A program made the translations under genes and the position numbers. A stretch of DNA of 64,000 nt. Source: Tubiluchus corallicola (lineage: Eukaryota > Animalia > Priapulida). The stretch is taken from positions 380,384 through 444,383 of the forward strand of contig JAQGDQ010000176.1 of assembly GCA_030141605.1 (NCBI GenBank), read 5' to 3'. Positions 27,204 to 42,810 of the stretch are shown here, piece by piece; position 1 is the first letter of the stretch; each line of letters opens with the position of its first letter. The notes under the pieces were generated by a model. That model was not told the origin of the DNA and did not search any database. It saw only the letters and a program-made list of their open reading frames with translations.

Positions 27204-29114
27204 ATGGTATTTTTGTGCAGACATCTAATTAGAAAATGCTCACCACTGAGCTTTGCAGGGTGGAACAATTTCGCCAGGTGCTTCAGCGTGATTCACGGCG
27301 ATGCAGCTCAACTTCAACCCAAGGTAAAAGCATTTTTAGAAAATAGCGTCAATCTTTGCAATCCTGATAATGTTCACATATGTGATGGTACTCAACCTGA
27401 GTTGGATCATCTTCTTGACATAATGCAGAAGGCTGGTATGATAAAAAAGTTAAAAAAATACGAAAATTGTTGGCTGACACTCACTGATCCAGCTGATGTT
27501 GCTAGGGTTGAAAGCAAAACCTTTGTCATCACTAAAGACCAGCGTGACACGGTGCCAATTCCACGCCCTGGAGTGAAGGGCGTTGTAGGAAATTGGATGT
27601 CACCAGATGACTTCCAAAAAGCATATGATGAAAGGTTTCCTGGTTGCATGAAAGGTCGCACTATGTATCTGATCCCTTTCAGTATGGGGCCTATTGGTTC
27701 ACCACTTGCAAAGACAGGCATTCAGCTGACTGATTCTCCATATGTTGTTGCTGCTATGCGCATTATGACTAGAATGGGAACACATGCTCTTACTGCACTT
27801 GGAGATGGCGATTTTGTCAAATGTTTACATTCTGTTGGTCATCCGTTGCCTTCTGATCGGCCCATTGTTAAGAACTGGCCGTGTAATCCCGAAAAAACCA
27901 TCATTACACATATACCGGCTGAAAACAAAATTGCGTCATTTGGCAGTGGCTATGGAGGTAACTCTTTGCTTGGAAAGAAATGCATCTCTTTACGACTTGG
28001 ATCCATTATTGCAAGAAACGAAGGTTGGCTTGCAGAACACATGCTCATATTAGGAATCACAAATCCCCAAGGCATCAAAAAATATGTGGCTGCAGCTTTT
28101 CCAAGTGCTTGTGGAAAGACAAATTTAGCTATGATGGAACCAAGCATGCCAGGATTTAAGGTCGAGTGTGTGGGAGATGACATAGCATGGATGAAATTTG
28201 ATGCCGAGGGAACACTTCGTGCCATCAACCCAGAAACTGGATTTTTTGGCGTGGCTCCAGGAACGTCTGATGCAACTAATCCCAATGCCATGCGCACAGT
28301 AGAGAGAAACACTATTTTCACAAATACTGCTGAGACAGAAGATGGTGGTGTTTATTGGGAAGGTCTTGAAAAGTATACTCCTAAAGATCTGAAGATAACG
28401 GACTGGCATGGAAATCCATGGTCAAGAGACAGTGGCAAACCGGCATCACATCCCAATTCTCGCTTTTGTACACCTGCTGGACAATGCCCAGTCATTGATC
28501 CTACCTGGGAAGATCCTAAAGGTGTTCCTATTGATGCACTTATATTTGGTGGTCGACGACCAGAAGGTGTGCCTCTTGTATTTGAAGCCTTTAATTGGCA
28601 ACACGGTGTATTTATTGGAGCTGCAATGAAGTCAGAGGCGACTGCGGCTGCAGAACACAAGGGTAAAGTCATTATGCATGATCCATTCGCCATGCGCCCA
28701 TTTTTTGGATACAATTTCGGACATTACATGAAGCATTGGTTATCCATGGAAAAACGAGGGAAAGTGCCAAAAATTTTCCATGTCAACTGGTTCCGTAAAA
28801 ATGCTGATGGAAAATTCATTTGGCCTGGTTTTGGCGAAAATTCACGTGTGCTAGATTGGATCGTCCGTCGATGTGCTGGTGAAGACATTGCTGATTCCAC
28901 TGCTATTGGTTACATACCAAAACCTGGAACGATCAACATGCAAGGAGCAGAAGAAGGTGTTGACATGAAGGCTCTTTTTGATCTCCCGAAAGATTTCTGG
29001 CAAGAAGAGGTGAAGGAGTTGCACAAATACTTTGATGATCAAGTCAATGATGATATGCCACCAGAAGTTATCAATCAACTCAATTCTCTCGGTGAACGTG
29101 TGGAAAAAATGTAA
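27204..29114 (+). CDS. PCK2: Phosphoenolpyruvate carboxykinase [GTP], mitochondrial-type, intronless CDS
   Basis: 636-aa ORF with [24 protein letters not shown]-loop [28 protein letters not shown] and [15 protein letters not shown]. The Arg-rich, acid-free N-terminus ending ARCFS resembles a mitochondrial presequence. Orthology to vertebrate PCK2 versus PCK1 is nominal. Confidence 0.97.
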   Translation: MVFLCRHLIRKCSPLSFAGWNNFARCFSVIHGDAAQLQPKVKAFLENSVNLCNPDNVHICDGTQPELDHLLDIMQKAGMIKKLKKYENCWLTLTDPADVARVESKTFVITKDQRDTVPIPRPGVKGVVGNWMSPDDFQKAYDERFPGCMKGRTMYLIPFSMGPIGSPLAKTGIQLTDSPYVVAAMRIMTRMGTHALTALGDGDFVKCLHSVGHPLPSDRPIVKNWPCNPEKTIITHIPAENKIASFGSGYGGNSLLGKKCISLRLGSIIARNEGWLAEHMLILGITNPQGIKKYVAAAFPSACGKTNLAMMEPSMPGFKVECVGDDIAWMKFDAEGTLRAINPETGFFGVAPGTSDATNPNAMRTVERNTIFTNTAETEDGGVYWEGLEKYTPKDLKITDWHGNPWSRDSGKPASHPNSRFCTPAGQCPVIDPTWEDPKGVPIDALIFGGRRPEGVPLVFEAFNWQHGVFIGAAMKSEATAAAEHKGKVIMHDPFAMRPFFGYNFGHYMKHWLSMEKRGKVPKIFHVNWFRKNADGKFIWPGFGENSRVLDWIVRRCAGEDIADSTAIGYIPKPGTINMQGAEEGVDMKALFDLPKDFWQEEVKELHKYFDDQVNDDMPPEVINQLNSLGERVEKM

Positions 29115-31739
29115 TCTTGTAAGTGGTGTGTGTACTAAAAAGCGATTGTTTACTACCTGTTGTTTAAATAACGTGCATCAATTTCTTAAACCGATAAAAT
29201 TTCTAAATGACTACTTTAAAAAAAAACCAATATTAGTAACATTTCATTGGGTTCCGACGTACATTTGTTTAGTAGTCAATATGGTATTCCTAATATTTAG
29301 TGTGGACAATTATATTGTGAAATTTTCTCAGTCTTTATTGTGAAGGTTTTTACACTGCATTATGAACTTTCATTATTAGTAACTTGTAGTGTGACACATT
29401 ACATTCGAGGCATGAAATTGATTTGAAAAGGTTTGGAATATTTTAACTTGTTTATCCCTTGGTCTGTTGCACTTTTGATTGTAGTTGTTATGTGTTTACT
29501 AAGAATTTGTAGCTGTAGACTTCATTAGGTAGATATGTACTTCTCATCATGAGGAAAGATTTGCTCAGTTAACTTTAATTATTGTACAGTTTCTGATTTC
29601 ACCTGTATTATTGGTATAACTTGAACCATACTAAGATGTTAAATAAATCTTCTACATTGTACCCATTTAACTATTTCAATTTTTAACTTACTACTATGAA
29701 TTTTATAGACTGACAGATTTACCGGACACTGTCCTCAACATTTTACAACTTACTGTAGTGTTTATTTTGTTTATAAAGTTCTGTAAGTTGTTTACCTGTT
29801 AATGTGCAGAGCAACAGGAAATCATGCAGTTCAAGATCAATATCTATGCTGGCACTATTAACTCTTTAATGTGATCAGTAAAAGTTTTGTTGTTGTACAA
29901 TGTGTTTTGTAACTATTGATGGTTTTGCTCATATTACCTGTTTTTAAACCAAACTCAGAAACACTGACATAATTAAAGCAAATTACTACTGCAGTGTACT
30001 TTCAACAAAATGACCATTATATTTGAGAATATTGGCAAGTTGTGGTACATTAACAAATTGTATGTATGTTGCCACATGTATGATTCTGATCTGGTAAGTT
30101 GGTAACTTCAGATCATGTATTAAGCGTTCAACCTGTAAATTTTGTATCTATGAATAGAATGTTATTTGATATTAAACAAGTTGTGTAGTTGACTCCTTGT
30201 TTGTCACCTTTATGTATTTACCTACGGCAAAGACGTCATCACTTACTAACTTTCTCTGTGGTCAAACTCCAAAGTTTGCAGGAGATGCGTTGTTAACTTT
30301 GTGATAGCTTATTTAAACAACTTTTAGCTTGGTTAAAGTATTATCACCGTAACAGGTAGTCACAGACTTCTGTAAGACTCAGAAATCACCTATTTAACAG
30401 GCTTTCGTTGTACTAAAAATTTGGAGGTTTCTGAAATTCTATTTTTATTTATTTTTTAAGCTTGTGCAAAAACATTATTGGCATTTTGAGACAATTGCCA
30501 GAACTATTTTAGTGTAAAGTTTAACTTGTTTAAGTTTAAGTTGACCTTGTTTGGATTCAAGCGCAACACTAAATCCAGTATTCAATGGCGGGTGCTTCAG
30601 TGTGAAGACCAAAACCTGATCAATCATTATCAAGACTTGTAGCTCTAATGTGAGACACTGAACTAGCAAAGATAAACAGCTCAATTTGGCCCAGGGCGAG
30701 TATTGAGCCCAACAATCACACATCCATTCACTGGCCAGGCTCAGTACCTTTCTCAACTACAATCTTCAAGCACATACTATGACGACTTTGCTATTCTTGT
30801 CGCTTCGCCTTCTTATTACAATAAAGCTGACATTACAAATATTTCCAAGTGGAACTTGGCATCCTGCTGTTAACGTCAATGTTTTTTTTTACTGCAGCCT
30901 GCAGATAGCTATTTACTTAGCCTGGCAAAAAGTTAGCCCATATCATCATTGATTTTTTTTTATTAACTGCAATGTGCTCGTTTAAGCTAGAATCTAGATA
31001 AGTCCAGCTAAAAAATGTTTTCCTGCCTGAAGGTGTACAATTTTTAATCAGCGAGGTAAAAGAGCAACCCATGCACTGTTTCATTATTTTTGCTAGGAAA
31101 TGAGTCGTAACGTTGAATAACTCCAAAGTTACAGCACCTAGAGTCACGAAATCTGCACGGCAGATACAGGTGTAAGGGCTCAGAAATTATATGGTTAAAA
31201 AGCTGGGATTGTTCAAGGGACCAAAATGTGAAATTTAGAACAACTGCTCAGTCAGTGAACTGCGCTGGACCAGGCAGAGTCAAGTAAACGAGCACTGTGT
31301 ACACCAGTCAGTCATACATAAGCATAATAATCTCGAAACAAGACAGATAACTACATTGTAGTGAAGCTTGCCATGTGCTAAGAGTTTATGTCTAGTATGA
31401 TTATGTAATGGGCCACTGTGAACAAGTGTGTTGTAGTTGAGAAAATCTTAATGAGCCGACATGGCACATTATCGCCCCATCTCAAAATAGCTCAGAAACA
31501 TCATTACTAAGAGTTTATTTTTCCAATGCACGCTTTTCAAATCTGTTTTTGGAACAGGTTTTTGCCCAGTAAAACTTTCTTAAATCGTCTGATCTTAAAT
31601 TCAGAAAAGCCATTCTGAATGTACGTGATTTTTAGTAAACCAAAAAATGATTTGTTTCTTCTTTCCAATGACACTTCTCTTAATTATTAGTTTATGATTA
31701 ACATATTCAGTCTAGTGTGTGGGTAGCTTACATGACTTA

Positions 31740-32155
31740 GGCTGCGTTTCCATTGCGTCCGCACAGACACAGATTTAGGCCACGTTTCCCCTGCATCCAC
31801 ACGGACACGGATTTGTTCTGTATGACTCACACGGAAAAATTGAAGGAAAGCATTGTTTTACGTCCTTTAATTGTTTAACCATTTTTTCTGCGGACGGACT
31901 AGTTCATTTTCATAATGGAGAACGAACAAATTGCGTCCGCTGTAGAGATTTGTACGACAAAAGTAATCCCAAATACAGTCAGAGAGATTTTATAAAGCAA
32001 GGTGGGCTCAAGTAGCGCAAGATTCGTAAGGTTGCAGGCTACATTTTCATATTTTGCGCATTTATGAGGCGTTGTACGGAATGAGTCCGGACCTAGTGAA
32101 AACAACTTTTGCGGACAAAACAGTGTGTTTGTGCGGACGCAGTGGAAACGCGGCC
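31740..32155. mobile_element. PIF/Harbinger-type MITE
   Basis: TIRs ggctgcgtttccattgcgtccgcaca and tgtgcggacgcagtggaaacgcggcc, with TTA on both flanks. The left TIR is followed by a diverged tandem copy. Confidence 0.88.
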
Positions 32156-32810
32156 TTAACCTGTCATAGCCGATAAACAGAGATTTGACAAGAGGCGGAA
32201 TAGTTGAGTGGATCAGATTTTTATACTTGCCTGCCAGCAAAGTTAAAGTGTGTTAAGCCTGGTCAGTAAATGGACGAATTGCCACCTGAAAAACTGCTCT
32301 GATTATTTAACTCTCTGGGGAAAGATACATTGTATATTACACCAAAACTGTCGGTGCTGTTTCTCGGCTTTGTGGATTATCTCGGAAACTGCGACGACTT
32401 GGGTGTACAGCACAATCATGTCACACAACTACATGTAGGTCCTCACTGAAATTTCTGACTTCATACAAAATTCAGAAAATTCTAGATAGTTAACTAGACA
32501 GGCCAACGACTACAGCACAATGCTGCTTGAAACTTACAGGTTGGTTTAGCTGGACGTTGTACAAAAAAGTACTCTAACATAAAAATTTAAGGCAAATGCC
32601 GTTAGTGCATTGAAATTTTATTACACTACAAGAAGAACAATATTGAGAAGCAATAGTGTCGTGGTACTTAAAACGAATCATAGAACCAATATTAAAAATA
32701 AAATTACGATTATTATATTCTCTAGCAAAGCTTTACAAACACAACATGGACTGCATTAGCAAGATTTGAAAAAAATTGAAAGAATATTACATATACAAAA
32801 AAGTTTAAAT

Positions 32811-35330
<2,520 letters not shown>

Positions 35331-36063
35331 CTAAACAAGCAAAAAAATTATTTCTCCTGGTAAAAGCTGTACAAAATACCAAGTGATTCTAAAAATATTC
35401 TGTGCATGAGATAATATATGTAAAAGCAAATTCAATAATCAACAGCTTAGTAAGAAATGCTTGGCTCTATTACAAACATAGATAAATTGGTAATTGAAGA
35501 ATATGTCTGACCAGAATTTGAAAGACAACTATGAAAACAAACGTTTGAGAACAGGAGTTATTCTGTTACACAGGGTTATTAGACAAGGCTTATTGGGCTA
35601 TAATATTACACAGCACATGCACTTTTAGTGGACTCTATCGTTGTCTTACGCATAGCAAATTATCTCGGGATGTGACAACCCACGGCAAAAAAGTAAATTA
35701 AAAATATTTATACATATAACAGATCTAAGTTACAAGCCCAATAAATGAATCCAGGAAATTAGAAAAGCGTACTTTGAGAATTTCATCACACACACTAGAC
35801 TGAAATACCAAGCAGTAAACTACAGCGTCAGTCATCTCGGAAAAAAACACTTTTTAAGCAGTTATAATTAGACACCAAACCTTGAACAGACCTTGAAGAA
35901 TGAAGATTTAGGAAAAAAGATAGCAAAGACTTAAAGCTAAATACTTACCAATTAATACCGCTTTCTTATATTATAAAATCTCGTAAAATATTCTCTTGTC
36001 CGCACTTTTCAACAAAGCTCTTCGTATAAAAACGCGATTATGGCGTGAACAGGATGTCGATCC

Positions 36064-36157
36064 TTTTATAACCCTAAGATTTCAGCCAATCAGCAAAGCT
36101 GACGTTTTACTTGTTCTATTATTAGCAGCCACATCATGCGGAACATTCGAGACCAAT
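36064..36157 (-). promoter_or_regulatory. Polyubiquitin core promoter: TATA box, two CCAAT boxes, CRE-like site and heat-shock element
   Basis: Minus-strand TATAAAA at 36070-36064; CCAAT at 36086-36090 and 36153-36157; TGACGT at 36100-36105; GAAcaTTCgaGAc at 36141-36153. These lie just upstream of a non-coding exon ending in the donor G|GTAAGT at 35949/35948. Confidence 0.72.
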
Positions 36158-36457
36158 CCGCCAACTTCTCAGCTGTTGCCGAGTTCTGTTATTGACTGCC
36201 AGTAAATTTCTTAGTGTGAACAAGAGTGCATGACTTTGCACTTCTTATCAGATTTGCCTTTATGTTGAACCGTCTGAACTCGTCTTGAAATAAAGAAGTT
36301 GCAAACGCACTGCGTATTAAACGTCAAATGAACTGCTGGTGCTCCAACTTTCAGTTAATAAGCAAAATTTCGCAGCTGTTACCTCATGTTACATGTTTCG
36401 TTGCTATTCGTTACCACTCATGCTTCATTACCAATTTGCCTTTGATCCACTTTATTA

Positions 36458-37201
36458 GGGTACGTGACATTTGAGCACGGCCATTAGAGTTCGGAACATT
36501 TGGGCACGGCCACTTGGGCATGAGACATTACGGCACGAGACACTTGCATGGGCACTAACAAAATTTGATGTATCTTATTTTTTATTTTGTTTATATACTT
36601 TTTAATAATTCACAATTTTTTTAACTGTTATAATATTTAATAACACGATTAAAAACCAGTTAATTGCCTTTCTACACTTTCTCCACTTTCAGTATTCGCC
36701 TATGTGTAGTTTTTAAAGGCATGTCAGTAACATGAACAGTGAGATTTAGTTGTTCAATATTAGCAATGCTTATTTCAAGCGAGCCGACGATAACCTAACG
36801 TTTACGTGTATTCATTGAGCGCTTGGTGTATCAGCTGCTTATTCGAAAGAAAGCAGATCAATTAATGACAAAACATGTTTAATACATAATTATCACGCAC
36901 TTTCAAGATTAAGGTTCTTTACGGCATCTCTTGTGAAATGCATCATTTCCTTCTGCGTTCAGCAGCAGAGTTTTTTACGCATGGCGAGTATTTTAGTTAT
37001 TCCTAATGTCAATAACATGATCGTAATTCACGAAATAACACAATTATTCACGAAAATAATTTTTTTATTTGCTTTCAAAAACATTAGGTAAATTTCAAAA
37101 ATTAACAGATATGTAAGCAAACGAACTATAGACATCGCGTTTTGCAGCGCAACACAGAAATTATTTTCTTGCACAAGCACAGCGTCCAAATGACCTGTCC
37201 C
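36458..37201. mobile_element. MULE-like non-autonomous element with subterminal ~15-bp tandem repeats
   Basis: Left end gggtacgtgacatttgagcac followed by repeats of (g/c)acattt(g)ggcac; right end gcgtccaaatgacctgtccc. Degenerate 10-bp TSD cactttatta (36448-36457) / caccttattg (37202-37211). Confidence 0.62.
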
Positions 37202-37214
37202 CACCTTATTGTTA

Positions 37215-38014
37215 TCTATACTCTTATATTAATATTCTTGGTATATATATATATATATATATATAAGATTCGAGGCTACAGCTTCGACGAGGGCACCATT
37301 TGCGGCGATCTATACATCAAACGAAAGGTCTCAATCTAGTGTCGTCTCATTGATGGTTTATTTTTCGAATCGGGCCCACCGGGAGGAACGGGGGCGAAAA
37401 ACCTCCAAAAATGGCCATTTTTCGGCCGTTTTTTGCAAAAGTTATACGGCTGAGATGTAGAGAACGGGAACGGGTCGAGGCTGGTGCTGGGTACGGATAG
37501 ATAGCCCGTTCAGCGGTGGGTGTCATAGGCCTATTTAGAATTCGCTAGAGGATCACGGCGTCCCGCAACGGGCGTTTTCCCGGACCCAACTCGCGATTTT
37601 TTCGAAATTTTGACCAAACAGCCTGCGGAAAAAACGTTCTGGTAGTGCCTGATGGGACTCTCGGAAGGAGATATACGGCTCATCAGAAAGAGGAAGAACG
37701 GGGCTACACGATGATATGAGCTATATTTTAGGGCAGGTCCACCGAGAGGAATACTGGCGAGTTAATTAGATGCTCTATTTTCGGCAATTTTCGCTTAGAA
37801 AACTGCTGACGCAAAGCCATTGTTGTGACGTCATCCATTGTATTCTGTCCATAATCTTATAACTTTAATTCATAGGCTTTGCGTTAGGTAAGTAAACAAA
37901 CAGTAGGCAGGATGTTACGGGCTTTGTGTTATAAATGAGGACTAGGTAGGATGTTCGCGTATTATTGATTCTACGTGTATTTATACGCAAAATCTTTTGC
38001 GGGGCCTTTGCTAG
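37215..38014 (+). mobile_element. Non-autonomous Helitron, apparently full-length (800 bp)
   Basis: 5' A|TCtatact, 3' hairpin cgcaaaa-tc-ttttgcg then gggcctttgCTAG|T, inserted in an AT dinucleotide with no TSD. Homologous copies at 50830-51798. Confidence 0.88.
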
Positions 38015-39844
38015 TAATGTTATTATTTTACTTCTTAACACTTGCCTTTTGGGCCTAAGCACGACTAGTGCAGCTCTTAATTGAGAGAATTTGCAAGTGA
38101 ATCAGGCACTGTGAAGGAAAAAGTCGTATTTACCAGTTCTGTGTGTCGTTTTTGATATGTGGAGAATAGGACTAGAATTCAAACTAACAAACTTTCAACT
38201 AGGATTCTTGGGAATGTTGTTGCAACATAGTTTCATGACAGTTTTGCATTTATGTGCATGCTGTATGCGGTTTTATAAAATTAATCTAATAAAAAAGGCT
38301 TATATTTTCTTTAAATTTACCTTACTTGTAATATACTATACGTGCGTGTGTACGTACTTTCTGAGACTTGTCATCAGTGTGCATAAATGAATCTCGTATA
38401 ATAAGTGCATTGGTATGACGTATATACATGCGGGATATTATTTGGAGATAATTTAAAAAAACGTCAGTGATTGTGTGATTACAACATTTCATTATAACAT
38501 AAGAAGAAAATAACATCATGTTAGTCAAGGTGACTGACTATATTATGAGTTAACCAAACTTGAACGTAATGAATAGTCTTCAATCTTGGATGATGCTCTC
38601 TGTGAGTGGAGTGTAATTATAGTGCTATTGCCTCAGCAAACACTCAAATTAGATTGCATGATGTCCGATGATACTGCACACTTAACCAAGACAGTTTTTA
38701 TGTCCAATTCAGCTTTTAGAACATTCTAGGGGCATATCGTTCATTGTTGTTTTAAACGAAGAATTTTTGCCTATACTCCTAGCAGAATGTTTGATCAGAT
38801 TCAGATTCTTTATGTTTTTCCCATAATAGTTAGTGTCAAAATAAAGTAAATATTATCTTGTAGAAAGGGAAAAGGGTGGTAAAGATCTGAAATACTTGAT
38901 CACGAACTTTGTTTGATTTTGCTTTTACGAATTGTGACTGTTGCCTACTGTTCCTAAAAACATGTAATTTAGAACATTGGATTAATTATCATAACCTTAA
39001 TGTCATTATTATCATTATTAATGGTACAAACCCACAAGTAATTAAATTTTCGCCATCATCTTAAATATACCCATCAGGTCTATAACTGCACACACTGCCA
39101 GAATTTACTTCGATCCTACCACAGATGGCGAAACTTTCTTTATTGTGTGTCATGGCGGTTCATCGTGCTTCAGAAGCTCGTGGTTCACACAGTATAATCA
39201 TAGAATTAGTGGGCTAGATCCATGGTATTATTCTATGGGTTTTGTGACTTTCAATATAAATTGAAGTAAATCTTCTTGTCAGTGCGCACTTGTTAGCAAA
39301 AATACTGGGTAGATTGCAGTTTAGGTGGTTCTTTTTTAAGGCACTCTCACATCGCCTAAATCAGAAATACCGCTGAAAGCAGCACTGCAATAGAAAGATG
39401 CATCCTTTACCTGCACAATTATGTAAAGAAAAGTTGAAACATACCTCCTATTTATAAAAAAAATAATTTTAAAAAACTTGCTGTTAGCGTCGCGAGAACT
39501 GACTAAGAGTAAGATTGAGGAATTTCATGAAATGTTTTCATTTGGAAGTTAGCAGAGAGCGATATTTTTATCTACTATTGCGCCAGGAAATCTCTTTACA
39601 ACGCTTCACAGAAAAAGAGCTTGCGGCAAATTTTCTCAATGTACGTGCCAGTTTACAGCATCTGCTGGTGTCAGTATGTGGCGTACTCTACCAGCGTTGT
39701 TTTGTAATTTTTGTTTCTCTTTCGAAATGGGACTCAAACAACAAAGCAGGGATGAGGTTTATACAATAAAATGATTAATATTGGAACATACGATAATTTC
39801 AAGCTTTATACAGTACAAAAAAGGTGACTGTACGAAGATTGTTA

Positions 39845-39992
39845 CTTAGTTAGTTTACTATCTAAGCTAGTCAGTTAGTCGGTCAGTTAGTTTTGGCGAG
39901 TTTGCGGTATGGCAGGTTGGGTTGGACAGCTTGGTGTTCTTGGCAGCTTGGAATTCTTGGCGCTTGGCATTCTTGCCAGCGTGGCATTCTTG
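39845..39992 (-). repeat. ~18-bp minisatellite (about 4 copies) next to a degenerate (CTAA)n-like tail, possibly a retroposon 3' end
   Basis: Units like cagcttggaattcttgg at 39928-39992 and degenerate ttag/tcag repeats at 39845-39890. Confidence 0.55.
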
Positions 39993-40169
39993 GCAATGGA
40001 GTGGGAAGGAGATAGAGTGTCGGCAGTCAAATAGAGTGTTGGGGACTGATATATGAAGGTAGTAGGATGTGAGGAGAACCACCTGAACTGCAAGTGCGGC
40101 AAAATACTCTTTTTAATTTTATGCATAAATTCAGATAAATTTACACAGCAGTAATTTGGAATAATATCT

Positions 40170-41280
40170 AAAATAAATTAGCTCAGTTGACATTCCTGGG
40201 TTCTTGGCTTAGCTTATTAGATGCACATAATGCATTTTACCTACTTCGACGTTGTTTCTCTTTTCCAAAATTGGTCCACATTTTGAGATCTTCACCTGTT
40301 TTCCAATCTGTTGTACTTAGCCATTAGTCATTTTCCAATCTGACGAAAAGACAAGACTTAATTCAAACATTTCGTATCCTTAAAGGTACAGAAACCATCA
40401 ACACCAAAATATTTTTCCACCGATAGACATCGTGGTACCAGAGGTCACTCCTACAAAACTAAGAAGAGAATAGTTCCCAGAAGGAGGGGTACATTTGCAA
40501 TGCGAGTAATTAATGAATGAAAGATGCTGCCTGACACTGTAGTTCATAGTTCAAGCCTCTAAGGACTTTAATAAAGTAAACAAGGAAGAGTGGAGAGGTC
40601 CATAAGCTATTATACTTAGCCTCTATCCTTCAACGGTAACGTTGAAGGTAATAATAATTATGATTTTGTTCTTCGTTAAACTCTTCAGACCATACTAAAT
40701 AATAAATATTCATATGTCTGATTCAGTTTGGCTATAAGCTTCCTTGTTAGTTTCCAAAGGTTGTCTTGATATAAGAAGTTCCACCCAGCTATCTCTTCCT
40801 GCCTTTCTTGCATTAGTTAGTGATTCTGCTTCTTTAGTACACGAAATCTTTTCTAGAGTTCACACCTCTACTTATACTGTATTAGATTTAGCAAAATCTG
40901 GGCAGAAAAAGTATAAGCGTCTGTTTCGACTTTACCTGATTCAACTTCCCAAAAATTTTGGGACAAATGTCTAGTCGAAGCATCTTTTGATAGTTTGTTT
41001 GCCTGGACTTCTTCAGAAGTTGATAAAGCACAGCTATTGGCAATATCTTCTAGTCATGCTGGTGCATGGCTTAAGGCCGTACCTATCCCTTCATTGGGTC
41101 TGCATTTGGATGATAGTCAAATGCGTATTGCTGCAGCACTTCGATTGGTTGCATGTATTTCTCATCAATGCAAATGTGGAACTTATGTAGATAGTTCGGG
41201 GGGTCTGTAGCCTAAGTTGTTTCAAAAGCAGTGGTCGGTTTTCAAGACAGCAGGCTGCCAAAGATTTTATTTGTCGTGAA
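40170..41280 (+). mobile_element. Decayed CRE-clade-like non-LTR retrotransposon fragment (post-RT region and zinc knuckle), interrupted by a CR1 3' fragment
   Basis: LDAHNAFYLLRRCFSFPKLVHILRSSP, GCLDIRSSTQLSLPAFLA, AQLLAISSSHAGAWLKAVPIPSLGLHLDDSQMRIAAALRL, HQCKCGTYVDSSG and LSCFKSSGRFSR, with stops and frameshifts. Confidence 0.78.
40330..40660 (+). mobile_element. CR1-like LINE 3' fragment inserted into the CRE-like element
   Basis: RQDLIQTFRILKG...TRGHSYK...FAMRVINE*KMLPDTVV, the typical CR1 ORF2 C-terminus, followed by a short UTR and a taataataat tail. Confidence 0.72.
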
Positions 41281-42360
41281 AAGCTTGAAGAAATTATTAA
41301 CCTCCTTCAATATTAATATTTCACTTTGTTGACCTCCTATCCTTGATTGTAGCAAAAATCTCAATTTTCAGGCGATTACTTAATGATAAAAACATTAATA
41401 ACATATCTATCTTGCCACTATTTAAAATTTGCTGCTCTTTTTTAGATTGTAATAATACTTATAATATTGTATTTATTGTCAGATAATTGTACAGTTTTTT
41501 ATTTATGTTTTCAAACATTCTGTAGAATGTACAGTAATGTGTATTAAAGTATGAAATATATTTATTTGAAAAACTTAGCAAAAATCTAGTTATGACTAAC
41601 AGTAATTTTAAATGTGAATTTTCAGCAAAGAATCGTACAAGCACTGAAGCAGAACTTTAGTTTTATAAAGAGCAGTTTTGCTGCTACTTTTGCAGCGGGC
41701 GCTTCAGCTAAATGACATTTTTGCAACACACATTTTATTGTTGATTATGTATGTTAGTCAATATACATTATAATATCATTATTGGCTTGGCTGCAGGGCA
41801 TTTGAATGTAGGAAACTTGTAGGAATATAGAATACAAGTATAAGTAAGTTTTCTACCGTCAACAAGAAGAATTGCTACTGGTACTGTTCCGGCATAAAAC
41901 GGTGCGGAAGGGCAATATAATAGCAGTACTGGTGCTAGGATGAAGAAATCCCACCGAGTTTTAATCAATATTATAATCACGTCAAATGAAATCTGCTGTG
42001 TTTATAGCAGATGTATAACCACAGAAATAGGACAGGTCATCACTAGAAGTTATGATTTGGTCAAAAAAACAAACGAATTAAGAAAGAAACACTAAGAAGC
42101 AGTAGTTTTTAAATTTTTTAAGACTGTTGCCGTGAAACAATTAATTTTCTTTTAACTTAAGTAATGCACATGTGAGTGTCCACGGAAAATCGACCATTTG
42201 CAACACATTAATTATAAAGCAATCGCTGATTTTCCAAAAAAGGTTTTTTCAGTTTTGGTATAAAACACATTTATGATATCTACACTTCAGTAAAAATTAA
42301 AGATAAACTGTTAATAAACTTATTAATTTTTTTATGACCTACCTTGTGAGAACTCTAGGC

Positions 42361-42715
42361 TCATCACTCAGAGTCACAAAGTGCTTTAGAACAATTTCAC
42401 CAGACACTCATGATTATAGTACATTGTTTAGAAAATCAAAAAGACCAGGATGCAGTTGTTACTGTTTGTTGTGCGAGAGAGTGTCCAAGGTTCTCTATGT
42501 TCTGGCCTGTGTTTGGACAGTGGACACTCTGTACGAAAGCTCTTGCAACTTTTTTAAAAGAAAAATGGATTTGTGTTAACACTGGACTTAATCATTTGGA
42601 CTACATTTCTGACTTTCAATAAAAATTAACTTGAGCTTGTGCCATTGCTAAGAAAAATTTGGCAAAATGAAAAGTTGGTACGACAAAAAGGAAAGAACAA
42701 GAGTTTTCATCTGCA
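42361..42715 (+). mobile_element. Gypsy LTR-retrotransposon integrase remnant
   Basis: HHSESQSALEQFHQTL..HCLENQKD, LKEKW, ACAIAKKNL and MKSWYDKKERTRVF match the Gypsy integrase consensus YHPxSQGALERFHQTL...LKExW...AxENL...MKxxYD; stops and frameshifts present. Confidence 0.75.
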
Positions 42716-42810
42716 TTTTAGTATATAGTATGCCAAACATTTACATTTACTGTATTTGGTTTTTGTTTTAGTGAGAAGTGACAAGTCAGTGAACATTAAT
42801 CAGGAATAAA

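Noticed and set aside
27407-29343. Short alternative-frame and antisense ORFs over PEPCK (similar ones over PDCD2 and ZUP1 exon 2)
   Set aside because: Shadow ORFs with no recognisable motifs.
30475-31150. Moderately GC-rich island with short ORFs between PEPCK and ubiquitin
   Set aside because: No recognisable domain or consistent exon structure.
41800-41990. NCYWYCSGIKRCGRAI...NH resembling a FLYWCH domain
   Set aside because: Too short and interrupted by stops to support a MULE transposase call.
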